The notes below the pieces were generated by a model, which was given only the letters and a program-made list of their open reading frames with translations, was not told where the DNA came from and searched no databases. A program made the translations under genes and the position numbers. Source: Myxococcota bacterium (GTDB lineage Bacteria > Myxococcota_A > Polyangia > Nannocystales > Nannocystaceae). From it: a stretch of 64,000 nt of DNA. Below, in pieces: positions 46,085-55,825 of the stretch. The DNA is taken from the NCBI GenBank assembly GCA_039028615.1, contig JBCCHT010000008.1, forward strand, positions 96,001 to 160,000, in the 5' to 3' direction. Position 1 is the first letter of the stretch; every line of letters starts with the position of its first letter.

Positions 46085-47893
46085 GTGTGGTCGCTTAGAT
46101 TTCTCAGTAGTTTGGGCATCCCCCTCGGCCTCGCTGCTGCTGCCTACGGGCTCCCCAGCACTGCGGACGCCTGCGGCGGAACGTTCTGCGACGGGGGCAA
46201 TCCCAATATGCCAGTCGACCAGACGGGCGAGGTCATCCTGTTCGCGTCGGACGGTGACTTCATCGAGGCCCACGTCCAGATCGACTACGACGGCGGAGAC
46301 GCGGAGCAGTTCGCGTGGCTGGTGCCCGTGCCCGAGGTCCCCGAGATCGAGGTCGGCTCGTGGCGCCTGGTCCAGGCCGCGCTCGACGGCACGGTGCCCG
46401 TCTACGGGTTCCAGAACAACTTCGTCTGCGACGGAGAGACCGGCGGGATCGGCTTCATCCAAGACCCCGACGGCGGAGGCGTGAGCGGCGAGGGCGAGGT
46501 CGGACCGACGGTCGTGGCCCAAGACGTGGTGGGGGCGTTCGAGTTCGCGATCTTGCAGGGCGGCAGCTCGGACACGGTCAACACCTGGCTGCTCGACAAC
46601 GGCTACGCCACCGACGACGAAGCGCCCGAGATCCTCGACACCTATATCGCCGAAGGCTCGGTGTTCGTGGCGTTTCGACTGCGGCACGGCGCGGAGGTCG
46701 AAGACATCCACCCGGTGGTGATCCGCTATCAGGGCACGGAGCCCTGCATCCCGCTGCGACTGACCCGGGTCGCGGCCCAAGAAGACATGGACATTCGCGC
46801 GCTGTTCCTCGGCGACACGCGGGTGGTGCCCACCAACTACCGACACGTGCGGCTCAACCGGGTGCGCCTGGACTGGGTGCAGCGCGGCGCCAACTACCAA
46901 GACCTGGTGAGCATGGCCGTCGACACGCCGGGCGCGGACGGGCGCGCCTTCGTCACCGAGTACGCGGGAACCTCGGACATGATCGACACCAGCGTGCTGG
47001 CGACCGATACCTACGTCAGCGGGGTGTTCGTGGACATGGCTCCGGTGAACGTCGTCACCACGCTGCAGAACCAAGGCCTCGCGTCGTGTACGACCGAGGG
47101 CTGCGAGTACCAGCACGAGCTGGTGCCGTCGTTGTTGCACGAGTTCCTGCCCGTGCCCGCGGGGGTCGCCGAGGCCGACTTCTATAGCTGCCTGAGCTGC
47201 TACGCGATGCTCATCGACCAAGAGGCATGGGACGGCGATGCCTTCGCCGCCGCCTACGACGAGCGCATCGTGGCGCCGCTGGTGCACGGCCAGGAGCTGC
47301 TGGACCTGTGGCCCTACGTGACGCGGCTTTATACCCGCATCTCGCCGCACGAGATGATCACCGACCCGATGTTCGCCGAGGTCGAAGGACTGGACGACGT
47401 GGCCAGCCGCCACGGCGCGAGCCGAGAGATCGACTGCTGCGGTGACATCATGCGACTGCCCGGCGGACGCGAGGTGACCCTGGTCGACTCGTTCACGTGG
47501 CCGACGTGGTCGAGCGAGATGCCGTGGGCGGAGCGCGTCGAAGAGTTCCCGCCCGCGGGTGGGCCCCCGATCACGCTGGTCGACGAGACGGCGAACATCG
47601 ACGCCCAGCTCGCCGCGTGGAACGCCAAGGGACCCTGCGGCGAAGAGGGCGGCACCGAAGGCGGCGTGGATACGACCGCGGGTGACGACGGCTCCGATGG
47701 CGGCGTGAGCACGACCAGCCCCAGCGGCCAGACCTCCGGCCTCGGCAGCGAAGGCAGCTCGGGACCGGGTCAGAGCGACGGCGGCGGCGACTCGGGTTGT
47801 GCCTGCACCACGAGCTCCGAGTCCGGCTCCACCCCGTGGCTGCTGGCCTTGTTCGGCCTCGGCCTGGGTGCCCTGCGTCGGAGGCGGAATTGA
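46085..47893 (+). CDS. DUF2330-domain protein with MYXO-CTERM sorting signal
   Basis: ADA-CGGTFCD, AHVQIDY, FAWLVPVP, IPLRLT, AFVTEYAG, TRLYTRISP. Tail GCAC...WLLALFGLGLGALRRRRN. Confidence 0.88.
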   Translation: MWSLRFLSSLGIPLGLAAAAYGLPSTADACGGTFCDGGNPNMPVDQTGEVILFASDGDFIEAHVQIDYDGGDAEQFAWLVPVPEVPEIEVGSWRLVQAALDGTVPVYGFQNNFVCDGETGGIGFIQDPDGGGVSGEGEVGPTVVAQDVVGAFEFAILQGGSSDTVNTWLLDNGYATDDEAPEILDTYIAEGSVFVAFRLRHGAEVEDIHPVVIRYQGTEPCIPLRLTRVAAQEDMDIRALFLGDTRVVPTNYRHVRLNRVRLDWVQRGANYQDLVSMAVDTPGADGRAFVTEYAGTSDMIDTSVLATDTYVSGVFVDMAPVNVVTTLQNQGLASCTTEGCEYQHELVPSLLHEFLPVPAGVAEADFYSCLSCYAMLIDQEAWDGDAFAAAYDERIVAPLVHGQELLDLWPYVTRLYTRISPHEMITDPMFAEVEGLDDVASRHGASREIDCCGDIMRLPGGREVTLVDSFTWPTWSSEMPWAERVEEFPPAGGPPITLVDETANIDAQLAAWNAKGPCGEEGGTEGGVDTTAGDDGSDGGVSTTSPSGQTSGLGSEGSSGPGQSDGGGDSGCACTTSSESGSTPWLLALFGLGLGALRRRRN

Positions 47894-48852
47894 TGCGGCG
47901 CCCCTTCGAAGGCCTGGTCGCGCTCGGGGCCTTGGTCCTGGCCGCGTGCGGGCCCACCACCACGCTCGACGACCCGGGTGGCGCATCGTCTTCGGGTGAC
48001 GTCGCCGACTCGGGGAGCACCAGCAACGGCTCCGTCCCGCAGCCCACCACCGCGGCCACGACGTCGACGCCCGGCACCTCGAGCATGACCACCACCGGGG
48101 CCGACAGCGGTCCTCCCGGAGGCGATGGCTACGAAGACGACGACGGCGGCACCGGTTGCACCTTCACCTGCCCGCCGCAGCCTCCACCGTCGACCACGGG
48201 CGGCGGCGGCGGGTTTTGTAACCTGGTCGATCAGAACTGCCCCGAGGGTGAAAAGTGCATGCCCTGGGCCAATGACGGGGGCATGATCTGGAACTCGATC
48301 CGCTGCTCTCCGGTCGCCGACAACCCCGGCCAACCCGGCGATCCCTGTACGGTCGAGGGCAGTCAGTGGAGCGGCATCGACGACTGTGACGTCGGCATGA
48401 TGTGCTTCGGCGTCGACCCCAAGACCAACGAGGGCTACTGCGTGTCGCTGTGTCCCGGCGGCGGCGGTGCCCAATGCGAGACCGCGCAAGAGTGCGAGAT
48501 CCAGCCGGGCGACCTCGGGCTCCCGATCTGCGTGCCCTCGTGCGATCCGACCGCGCCCGACTGCGGCGAGGGCGAAGGCTGCTTCCCGGGCGGCTCCTCG
48601 TTCACCTGCCAGCCCGCAGCCAAGATGCGCCTGGCCGTGGGCACGCCCTGCGCCGACCCGAACACGTGCGAGGCGGGCTCGATGTGTGCGTTCGCCGGGC
48701 TCGATTGCGGGCAAGCGGCGGGCGAGGGCTGCTGCGCACAGGTCTGCGATATTGGTCAGCCCGATCCTTGCCCCGATGCCCAGGCCTGCCTGCCATGGTT
48801 CGGCGGCGCCGGGGCACCGCAATGGGCCCACGTCGGCTACTGCGAGCCCTAG
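47893..48852 (+). CDS. Cys-rich lipoprotein of an expanded Nannocystaceae-type family
   Basis: Lipobox LAAC. QNCPEGEKCMPWANDGG, SGIDDCDVGMMC, C-terminal VGYC. TGATG overlap. Confidence 0.8.
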   Translation: MRRPFEGLVALGALVLAACGPTTTLDDPGGASSSGDVADSGSTSNGSVPQPTTAATTSTPGTSSMTTTGADSGPPGGDGYEDDDGGTGCTFTCPPQPPPSTTGGGGGFCNLVDQNCPEGEKCMPWANDGGMIWNSIRCSPVADNPGQPGDPCTVEGSQWSGIDDCDVGMMCFGVDPKTNEGYCVSLCPGGGGAQCETAQECEIQPGDLGLPICVPSCDPTAPDCGEGEGCFPGGSSFTCQPAAKMRLAVGTPCADPNTCEAGSMCAFAGLDCGQAAGEGCCAQVCDIGQPDPCPDAQACLPWFGGAGAPQWAHVGYCEP

Positions 48853-48962
48853 TGGGCTTTCCATAGCCGCTGGCGCAAACCCACGAACGCGTGTGTACGG
48901 GCCGCCTTGGGGCTCGTGCATCCGCCGTGGAACCTTTGTCGCCCGCGGGTGTCCTGCCCCCC

Positions 48963-51900
48963 ATGCATCGTTGGCCCGGAGTCCTTCCGTGCTGGCTGGT
49001 TGGGTGTGTCCTGTGGGTGGTCGGCTGTGCCGCGCCCTCGCCGGATGACGTCGTCGACCGAGCTGAGCCGCCTGCACCGACGCCCGCCCCCGTGCAGGCG
49101 GCTGTTTATACCCGTCAGCAAGTGAGCCCCGTGCTGACCTGGCGCGACAACCCTTCGGCCACCGTGCCCATGTCGCTCACCGCCAGCGACGGCAGCGGCC
49201 TCGACTTGGTCGCGATGAAGGCCCGGGTCGTGGTTCAAGACCCGCTGGCGCTCACCGAGCTGCACCTGACCTTCGACAACCCCGAAGCGCGTCGTCGCGA
49301 AGGTCGGTTCGAGATCGAACTGCCGCCGGGGGCCGTGCTCTCGCGGCTGGCGATGCGCATCCGCGGCGAGTGGCAAGAGGGCGAGGTCGTCGAGCGAGGC
49401 AAGGCGCGCCGCACCTACGAAACCTTCATGCACACCCGCCCCAAGGTCGATCCGGCCCTGCTCGAGCACGACACGGGCAACCGGGTGCGGGCGCGCGTGT
49501 TCCCCATCGCGCCGAACGAGCGCAAGGAGATCATCGTCTCGTTCTCGCAGCAGCTGGGCAGTGCGCCCTACCAGCTGCCGCTGCAGGGGCTGTCGACCAT
49601 CGAGGACTTCGACGCCCGGGTCGTGGTGCATACCCACGATCCCGCCGCCGACAGCAGCTCGCTGTCCGGCACGCACTCGGCCCGGCGGGTCGTCGAGCTG
49701 CGACGCAGCCACTTCACCCCCGAAAAAGACCTGGTGGTCGAGCTCGAGGGGGCGTCCGCCGCCGCGGGGCTGCACGCCGGGCCCCTGGCGGTGCTGCGGG
49801 TGCGCCCCGAAGCCGAGCGCCCCGATGCACGCCCCGGCTCGATGCTCGTGCTCTTCGACACCAGCGCCTCCGCCCAGGCCGGGTTCGAGGATCGAGCCGA
49901 GCACCTCGGTGACGCCTTGCGAGCCATGGTCACCGACGAGCCCATGCAGCTCGAGATCATGAGCTTCGACCAGGAGATCCGCACCGTCTATCGCGGCCTG
50001 GCCTCGGAGCTGCGCATCGATGCACTGGCCGACCTGATCGAAGGCCGGGCCATGGGCGCGTCGAACCTCGAAGCCGCCCTGGTCCAGGCCGCCGCCAGCA
50101 CCGATCACTGGGATCGCGTGCTGCTGGTATCCGACGGCACGCCCACCGCGGGCGAGACCGATCGCCAGGCGCTGCGTTCGGTCGCCCGCACGCTCGAGTC
50201 GGTCGGGGTGCGTCGCCTCGACGTGCTCGCCCCGGGCAGCCGCATGGATCGCGAGCGCCTCACCGACCTCAGCACCGCCCTGCCGGAGGCCGGCGTGATC
50301 CTCGACGATCGCATCGGCCCCGAGCAGGTCGCCGAGCGCTTGGTCGGCAGCCCCTTCGGCGACGTGGCCATCGAGGTCCCCGGCGCCACCTGGAGCTGGC
50401 CGCAGTCGCTCGCGGGCATCGAGCCCGGCGAAGACCTGCTCGTGTTCGCTCGCTACGAGGGCTCCACGCCGTCCCAGGTGCGCATCGACTTCGACGACCC
50501 CTCCATCGCACCGCAGCAGGTCGAGACGCTCGAGGTCGAGCGCCCCTTGGTCCAGCGCGCCTGGGCGGGGGCTCGCATCGATCGCATCGAGCACGAGATG
50601 GCCCGGCTCGCACCCGAAGACCACGCCGTGGCCGAGGCCCTGGGCGCCCGCATCGTGGAGCTGTCGACCCACTACCGGGTGCTCACCGACCGCACCGCGC
50701 TGCTGGTGCTCGAGACCGAGGCCGACTACCGCCGCTTCGGCATCGATCGCCGCGCGCGGGCCGACATCCTCACCATCGACGGCGGCTCGATCCGCGTGAA
50801 CGCGCGCGCGACCATCGAGCGGCCCGAGCCCTCCGTCGACGACGACCCCGAGCGCATCGCGATGGCGACCCGGCTCGACGGGGCTGAGTCCGATGCCATT
50901 CCCCAGCTGGCCCGCGACTTCGATCCCGAGCTGGCCGCCCGAGCCTCGGGGATCTTGAGTCAGATGCAGCAGCAGAGCGGGCACTTCATCGCTTCGCCCT
51001 ACGGCGGATCCTTCGCCGTCGGCAACGACGACGAAGACGTCTGGGGTGGCGCGCCGCCGGAGAGCCTCGGCCTCGTCGGCACCGGTCGCGGAGGCGGAGG
51101 CGTCGGCGAAGGCACCATCGGCCTGGGCAACACCGGGCTCATCGGCAAGGGCGGCGGAGGCGGCACGGGAGCGGGCTATGGCATGGCCTCGCCGGGAAAC
51201 TGGGACGACGATCCCTGGAACAACCTCGGCATCATCGGTCCCGCGCACGGCATTGGCGGCCTCGGCCCGGGCTATGGCCGAGGCTCGGGCGCGGGCTTCG
51301 GCGGCCGCGGTCGCCCCGTGCCCCAGGTGCGTCAAGGCAAGATCAAGGTCCAGGGGGCGCTCGAGCGCGACATCGTGCGAAGGATCGTCCGGCATCGGCT
51401 CAACGAGGTACGCAGCTGCTACAACAACGCCCTTCGACGCAACTCATCGGCCAAGGGCCGTGCCGATTTTCAGTTCATGATCGGGCCCGACGGTCGCGTG
51501 GTGAACTCGTTGACGGCGAGCTCGACCATCGGAGAGGACCGGATGACCAAGTGCATCAACCGGGCCATCAAGCGCTGGAAGTTCCCCAAGCTCGCCGGCG
51601 CCAACGCGCTGGTGACCATCCCCTTGACCTTCGACCCCGGCCGTCCTTCTCGGGCCCGCGCAGGGTGGGGCTGGCATCCACGGCCCCGTCGACGACGACG
51701 TCCGGCAGTGGCCGCCCACGACGGGCGCTTCGCCGAAGTCCAAAAGCACCTCACCGCCGGTCGCGTCGAGCAGGCCTATGAAATGGCGTGGAACTGGGTG
51801 GAGACCCAGCCCACCGATACGCTGGGCCTGCTGGCCTTGGGCGAGACGCTGGAGCGTCGTGGCCGACCTCGGCTCGCCGCCCGCGTGTACGGGTCGATCA

Positions 51901-52634
51901 TCGATCTACACCCGTCTCGGCCCGACATGCGCCGCACCGCAGGCGGTCGACTCGAAAAACTCGGGGACGAGCGCGCGCTCGCTCTGGCCATCGACAGCTA
52001 CGACAAGGCCGCCGCGGCGCGCCCCGACCATCCCTCCGGGCCCCGACTCCACGCCTGGGCGCTCGTGCGGCAGGGGAACCACGAAGAGGCGTTCGAGGTG
52101 CTGCGCCAGGCCTTCGATCGTCGCTATCCCGCCGGTCGCTTCGCGGGCGTTCGCGCCCTGCTCCGCCAAGACTTGCGCCTCGTCGCGGCGGCATGGCTGG
52201 CCCAGACCCAGGGTGACGCGCATGCCCTCGCCCTGGCACGGATCAACGAAGCGCGGGTCGTGCCTGCCCACGACGCCTCGGCTCGCTTCGTGGTCACCTG
52301 GGAGACCGACACCACCGATGTCGACGTGCTGCCTCGCCAAAACGGCAAGGGGCGCCTGCTCGGCCGTCGCATCGCCGACGTGCGGACCGGCTACGGACCG
52401 GAGGCGCGGGTGCTCTCGGGCGGGCAGATCCCCGAGCGCCTCCACGCCGCCGTGCGCTACTTCGATCGGGGCGCCATGGGGCACGCCATGGGCACGCTCC
52501 AGGTCATCACCCACGACGGCGCGGGGGCCTTGCACATCGAGTCGCGCCCCTTCGTGCTCATGAACCAGCGGGGCGTGCTCGACATGGGGACCTTCGAGCT
52601 CCCCCTACACCGCGACCCGGCGCCGCGGATCTGA
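48963..52634 (+). CDS. Lipoprotein with VIT, vWA-like, Gly-rich, AgmX/PglI (TonB-C-like) and TPR domains
   Basis: Lipobox VVGC. LALTELHLTFDNP...DPALLE (VIT). LFDTSAS and LVSDG (MIDAS-like). IVRRIVR...VRSCY...RWKFP. TPR helices. WETDTTDVD...GYGPE. Confidence 0.85.
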   Translation: MHRWPGVLPCWLVGCVLWVVGCAAPSPDDVVDRAEPPAPTPAPVQAAVYTRQQVSPVLTWRDNPSATVPMSLTASDGSGLDLVAMKARVVVQDPLALTELHLTFDNPEARRREGRFEIELPPGAVLSRLAMRIRGEWQEGEVVERGKARRTYETFMHTRPKVDPALLEHDTGNRVRARVFPIAPNERKEIIVSFSQQLGSAPYQLPLQGLSTIEDFDARVVVHTHDPAADSSSLSGTHSARRVVELRRSHFTPEKDLVVELEGASAAAGLHAGPLAVLRVRPEAERPDARPGSMLVLFDTSASAQAGFEDRAEHLGDALRAMVTDEPMQLEIMSFDQEIRTVYRGLASELRIDALADLIEGRAMGASNLEAALVQAAASTDHWDRVLLVSDGTPTAGETDRQALRSVARTLESVGVRRLDVLAPGSRMDRERLTDLSTALPEAGVILDDRIGPEQVAERLVGSPFGDVAIEVPGATWSWPQSLAGIEPGEDLLVFARYEGSTPSQVRIDFDDPSIAPQQVETLEVERPLVQRAWAGARIDRIEHEMARLAPEDHAVAEALGARIVELSTHYRVLTDRTALLVLETEADYRRFGIDRRARADILTIDGGSIRVNARATIERPEPSVDDDPERIAMATRLDGAESDAIPQLARDFDPELAARASGILSQMQQQSGHFIASPYGGSFAVGNDDEDVWGGAPPESLGLVGTGRGGGGVGEGTIGLGNTGLIGKGGGGGTGAGYGMASPGNWDDDPWNNLGIIGPAHGIGGLGPGYGRGSGAGFGGRGRPVPQVRQGKIKVQGALERDIVRRIVRHRLNEVRSCYNNALRRNSSAKGRADFQFMIGPDGRVVNSLTASSTIGEDRMTKCINRAIKRWKFPKLAGANALVTIPLTFDPGRPSRARAGWGWHPRPRRRRRPAVAAHDGRFAEVQKHLTAGRVEQAYEMAWNWVETQPTDTLGLLALGETLERRGRPRLAARVYGSIIDLHPSRPDMRRTAGGRLEKLGDERALALAIDSYDKAAAARPDHPSGPRLHAWALVRQGNHEEAFEVLRQAFDRRYPAGRFAGVRALLRQDLRLVAAAWLAQTQGDAHALALARINEARVVPAHDASARFVVTWETDTTDVDVLPRQNGKGRLLGRRIADVRTGYGPEARVLSGGQIPERLHAAVRYFDRGAMGHAMGTLQVITHDGAGALHIESRPFVLMNQRGVLDMGTFELPLHRDPAPRI

Positions 52635-52646
52635 CCCCGGGGCGGC

Positions 52647-53564
52647 TCAGGCCTGCTCGAGTATGTCGAGCACGTGCAGGATCTTCCGGCAGTCGTCCTG
52701 GAAGCGCGCCCAGGTGTACTCCGCGCGGAAGGGGTGGTGCCGGAAGTCGTCGAAGCCGCGGGCGATCTCGTCGAGATAGGTGCCCGGCTCGAGCAGGTCG
52801 TCGGCCGGCCTCGCGTCGTGCTGGGTGGGCAGCACGCAGAACTTGCGGGTGTCCTCGAAGACCTGGGCGCGGTTCCACTCGCTCTTCTGGATCCGGTTTT
52901 CCTGGTCGATGATGTCGGTCAGCGCCTGCGAGACGGGGTCGCGCTCGTGCGGCTGCCCGGACAGCAGCGCGACGTCGAACACGTGCTTGAGCCGCTGGCC
53001 TTCCTTCTTCTTGCCCAGCGGAATGCCCAGCGTGGAGGGGCCGATGCACAGCAGCTTGTCGGCGATGAGGCCGCTGATCGACGGCACCTCGACGTCCACC
53101 GACGACTGATACAGCGCCCCGCACTCCACCGTGCGTCGCTGTCCCGGGTAGGGCGCGGGCTCGAGCACCGCGTCGAGCATCACGAAGGCGTCCTCGGGCG
53201 GCTGGTACACCGACTCGAAGAACAGCTTGTAGCTGATCATCGGAAGCCAGGGCTTGGTCTTGTGGGGCCGGACCTCGCAGCGGGTGAACGCCTCGCAGCT
53301 GGCCGTGAGCCCCTCGACCGCCGCGCTGAGCTCCTCCTTGGTCACCGTGGTGACGATGTCGACGTCGATGGAGAAGCGCTCGGGCTGCTCGAGCAGGATG
53401 AGCTGCGAGTTGCCGCCCTTGAAGCGGAAGGGCACGTCGGTGGAGGCCAGCTGCGCCACCAGCTCGAGGCAGTGCACGACCAGCTCGCATAGCTGGGCCG
53501 GCGCCACGCCCCGCTGGGCTTCGTAGTGCTCGCGAGTGAAGAGGGAAGCGTCACCGTGAAGCAT
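52647..53564 (-). CDS. AbiEii/AbiGii (MenT-like) nucleotidyltransferase family protein
   Basis: FKGGNS...RFSIDVD, IADKL, KHVFDV. ATG 53564 is preceded by AGGTG overlapping the orn stop. An in-frame GTG at 53573 abuts the orn stop. Confidence 0.78.
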   Translation of the reverse strand: MLHGDASLFTREHYEAQRGVAPAQLCELVVHCLELVAQLASTDVPFRFKGGNSQLILLEQPERFSIDVDIVTTVTKEELSAAVEGLTASCEAFTRCEVRPHKTKPWLPMISYKLFFESVYQPPEDAFVMLDAVLEPAPYPGQRRTVECGALYQSSVDVEVPSISGLIADKLLCIGPSTLGIPLGKKKEGQRLKHVFDVALLSGQPHERDPVSQALTDIIDQENRIQKSEWNRAQVFEDTRKFCVLPTQHDARPADDLLEPGTYLDEIARGFDDFRHHPFRAEYTWARFQDDCRKILHVLDILEQA

Positions 53565-53573
53565 GGTCTGCAC

Positions 53574-54158
53574 CTACTTTTGCGTGGTTGAAGCGGCCGG
53601 CGCCGCGTCGATCCGGGGGATGAACAGGTGATCGCGGTAGTAGCGAAGCTCCGCGATCGACTCGAGGATGTCGTCGAGGGCCCGGTGGGTGTTGGCCTTC
53701 TTGGGCGCCTTGGACTCGGGATACCAGCGCTTGGCGAGCTCTTTGATGGTGGTGACGTCGATGAGCTGCCAGTGCAGGTACGCGTCGAGCGTGGGCATGT
53801 GGCGCTGGATGAAGCGACGGTCGAGATCGACCGAGTTGCCGCACACGGGAGACACGCCCTCGGTGGTGTGCTGGCGCAGGAACTCCACCGTCTGCGCCTC
53901 GGCCTCCTCCACCGACACGGTGGACGCCTTCACCGCCGCCGTCAGGCCGCTCGAGGCGTGATGCTCCGTGCACCACGGCCCCATCGCCGCCATGATCTCG
54001 TCGGGCTGGTGCACGATGAGGCTGGGGCCCTCGGCGATGACCTCGAGCTCGGCGTCGGTGACGACCGTCGCGATCTCGAGCACGTGGCAGGTGCGGGGAT
54101 CGAGCCCCGTCATCTCCATGTCGATCCATACCAGGGGAGCCGAGTGACGATTGAGCAT
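53574..54158 (-). CDS. orn: Oligoribonuclease
   Basis: LVWIDMEMTGLDP, EIATVVTD, HHASSGL, CGNSV..DRRF, IDVTTIKELAKRW, HRALDDILESIAELRYYR. Confidence 0.96.
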   Translation of the reverse strand: MLNRHSAPLVWIDMEMTGLDPRTCHVLEIATVVTDAELEVIAEGPSLIVHQPDEIMAAMGPWCTEHHASSGLTAAVKASTVSVEEAEAQTVEFLRQHTTEGVSPVCGNSVDLDRRFIQRHMPTLDAYLHWQLIDVTTIKELAKRWYPESKAPKKANTHRALDDILESIAELRYYRDHLFIPRIDAAPAASTTQK

Positions 54159-54240
54159 GGTCGCGGCCCGAGTGTATCCGATCCCCCTGGAATTGGGGGT
54201 CGACGTGCGCCCTCGGCTGGCAAAGGCTGGATGGGAGACC

Positions 54241-55794
54241 ATGGCCGCCACCAGCATCGAGTTGAAAGCCGAAGATGACGGGGACCCCAGTCCCTACGTT
54301 CCGCTGAACGGAGAGGTGGTGCTGAAGGCCGTCCCCAACGACGACGTCGAGAGCTACAAGTGGCAGGTCACGGGCGGCCTGGGGATCATCGGGAGCAGCA
54401 CGGGTGCCTCCGTGCGCCTGGCGGGCGATCGCCTCGATGCCGACATCGACGACTCCACCGTCTCGGTCACCGTCGACGGCGGCATCCTCACCAAGACGAT
54501 GAAGCTGACGGTGGTCTCCGTCGAGGCCATCGTGGCCGAGGTCACCTCGACCCCCGCGACCTCGAGCAACACGGCGCGCGCGGCCATGCAGCTGCCCGCC
54601 CCCGACCCGACCGTCTTTCGCTCGACCAACAACCGCGGCGACTTTTCGCGGGGCGAGAGCCTCATCATGGTGAGCGGCAAGTTCCCCGCCGTGACGCTGA
54701 AGGCCGAGGTGAAGCCAGCCGGCGTGCCCCTGGTCTGGTCCTCGAGTCGCAACCCCGAGGATGGTGAAGGCAGCGACGGGCTCGCGCTGAGCAGCACCAG
54801 CGGCACGGAGATCACCATCCCGACCACCGCCGTCGGTGCCTACTTCGTCCGAGCCCAGGTGAAGGTGCGAGAGGGCATCTCGACCGACGCGGACGGGATG
54901 TTCAAGGCCTTGCCCGTGGTGCTCATCGGGGTCACCGCGGTGGCCGACTCGAGCAAGTTCAACAACGCGTTCAAGGTCGACAGCGCGATCGAGCGCCTGC
55001 GCTTCGCCAGCGAGTCCTTCGAGCCGCCTCGAGAAGCGCGGTCCTTCATGTACGCCAGCGGGATCGAGGACTTCGCCGAGCTCGAAGCGCAGGTCGAGGT
55101 GGTGAGCGGCGGCGCCGACGGTCGGCTCTTCCTCGACGACCTGAAAATTGCGTGGATCCAGACCGAGCGCGGCTCGTCCAGCGGCGGCGCCGAGATGGTG
55201 GGGACCTACGAAAACGGCAAGAAGATCGAGCCCGCCCTCGTCTCGTCGAGGTTCATGCGCGGCTTCAACTACATGTTCGACCTGGCGATCCAGGACGGCC
55301 TGAAGTTCCCCCTGCCCGATGCCGAGGACGATCAGACCCCACCCACCGTGGTGAACCGCTCGGGATCCCAACGAACCAACAACGAGGGCAAGGGCGAGAC
55401 CTGGACGATCCGAGGCCAAGACCTCCCCAACGTGACGCTGCCGCTGGCCTTCGAAGGCGGAGACCCCATCTATGAGGCGCAGCCGGGCGACGAAGTGCTC
55501 ACCAAGGTGGTGCTCGACATGCAGTTCTCCGCCTACGTCTGCCTGTGGACCCGCACCGTGCCCCAGACCTTCGGCGTCGCCTATCGGCTCGACTGGGGCC
55601 TCACCGGGCAATGGACGGTGACGGTCGAGCCCGACAAGCCGATGAAGGCCACGGCCGACCAGCAGCCCAAGGTCACCAGCAAGGGCACCCCGCCCAACCC
55701 GATGCAGGCCGAGGCAGCCGATACCCAAGGGGCCGAGGTGCTGGGCCCGGGCAATGTGGAGCACATCGTGCTGTCGATGTCGCCGCCCAACTGA
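54241..55794 (+). CDS. Hypothetical beta-rich protein without signal peptide
   Basis: Long ORF with GC3 bias, GGGAG SD before ATG 54241, Ig-like N-terminal strands. Confidence 0.7.
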   Translation: MAATSIELKAEDDGDPSPYVPLNGEVVLKAVPNDDVESYKWQVTGGLGIIGSSTGASVRLAGDRLDADIDDSTVSVTVDGGILTKTMKLTVVSVEAIVAEVTSTPATSSNTARAAMQLPAPDPTVFRSTNNRGDFSRGESLIMVSGKFPAVTLKAEVKPAGVPLVWSSSRNPEDGEGSDGLALSSTSGTEITIPTTAVGAYFVRAQVKVREGISTDADGMFKALPVVLIGVTAVADSSKFNNAFKVDSAIERLRFASESFEPPREARSFMYASGIEDFAELEAQVEVVSGGADGRLFLDDLKIAWIQTERGSSSGGAEMVGTYENGKKIEPALVSSRFMRGFNYMFDLAIQDGLKFPLPDAEDDQTPPTVVNRSGSQRTNNEGKGETWTIRGQDLPNVTLPLAFEGGDPIYEAQPGDEVLTKVVLDMQFSAYVCLWTRTVPQTFGVAYRLDWGLTGQWTVTVEPDKPMKATADQQPKVTSKGTPPNPMQAEAADTQGAEVLGPGNVEHIVLSMSPPN

Positions 55795-55825
55795 GGCCGC
55801 GACGCGCACCCGGACACAGCTCCCA

